The translations under genes were made by a program, and so were the position numbers. A stretch of 63,773 nt of DNA, the filler included, from Folioceros fuciformis (taxonomy: Eukaryota): the NCBI GenBank assembly GCA_049999805.1. It is 13 parts of 13 records of this genome, joined end to end, with 100 filler letters (N's around TTAATTAATTAA, not from the genome) between each part and the next. Parts side by side here need not be neighbours in the genome. Positions count along the whole stretch, not along the records: positions 62,545 to 63,773 come from JBNGIO010003023.1; 12 more parts are not named here. One strand, written 5' to 3'. How positions within the stretch are numbered: the first letter of the stretch is position 1; each line of letters opens with the position of its first letter. Below the pieces are notes generated by a model. It saw only the letters and a list, made by a program, of their open reading frames with translations, did no database searches and had not been told where the DNA came from. Of this stretch, positions 63,506 through 63,773 are shown piece after piece.

Positions 63506-63773
63506 TGTGAGCTATTGGAGTGCAAGAGTGTGAACGAAAAAAAACTTTCGGAACCCCCATTTTGAGCGACGAAATGAGCAGGTTGTGATTTTTTTTGTGA
63601 AGGGACAGGCGAATCGGCTTAGTAGGTAAATAAGACCAGGGCGTTTATGCCCAAAGTCCCTCTTGGGCTTTGGGGTTTGGGGTGTACTGAAGACCAGGAC
63701 AAGGAGGAGGAATGAGCGAGAGCCTCCTAAAGGAATAGAACTTTTACCTACTAATAGGTTAAGTTAATTACAC

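Overview
Draft land-plant genomic sequence (TTTAGGG telomere motif, PPR, GH3 and eL41 genes, short 79-184 nt introns; a non-seed plant is my inference). It consists of 13 contigs joined by 12 artificial N44-TTAATTAATTAA-N44 spacers, so order across gaps is not guaranteed. About three quarters of the window is decayed, nested LTR retrotransposon: several Ty1/copia families plus TGTG-starting LTR-like repeats and a transposon accessory ORF. Two compact gene islands are present. The first is P-class PPR(-) / BNR-Asp-box sialidase-like(+) / calcineurin-B-like EF-hand(+) / RPL41(-). The second is a secreted ApoD-like lipocalin(-) divergent from an intact GH3 acyl-acid amido synthetase(+). A decayed PPR gene lies at about 14.8-17.0 kb. 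Most notable: (1) an ApoD-type lipocalin whose barrel is interrupted or followed by a helical segment of about 200 aa or more; (2) a copia family with a 1-kb leader carrying a conserved coiled-coil ORF upstream of gag; (3) a telomeric array inserted inside an integrase; (4) very tight gene packing; (5) an RPL41 gene missed by the ORF track. All assignments are by eye; no database searches were run. Family letters (A-K, X) are my own labels.
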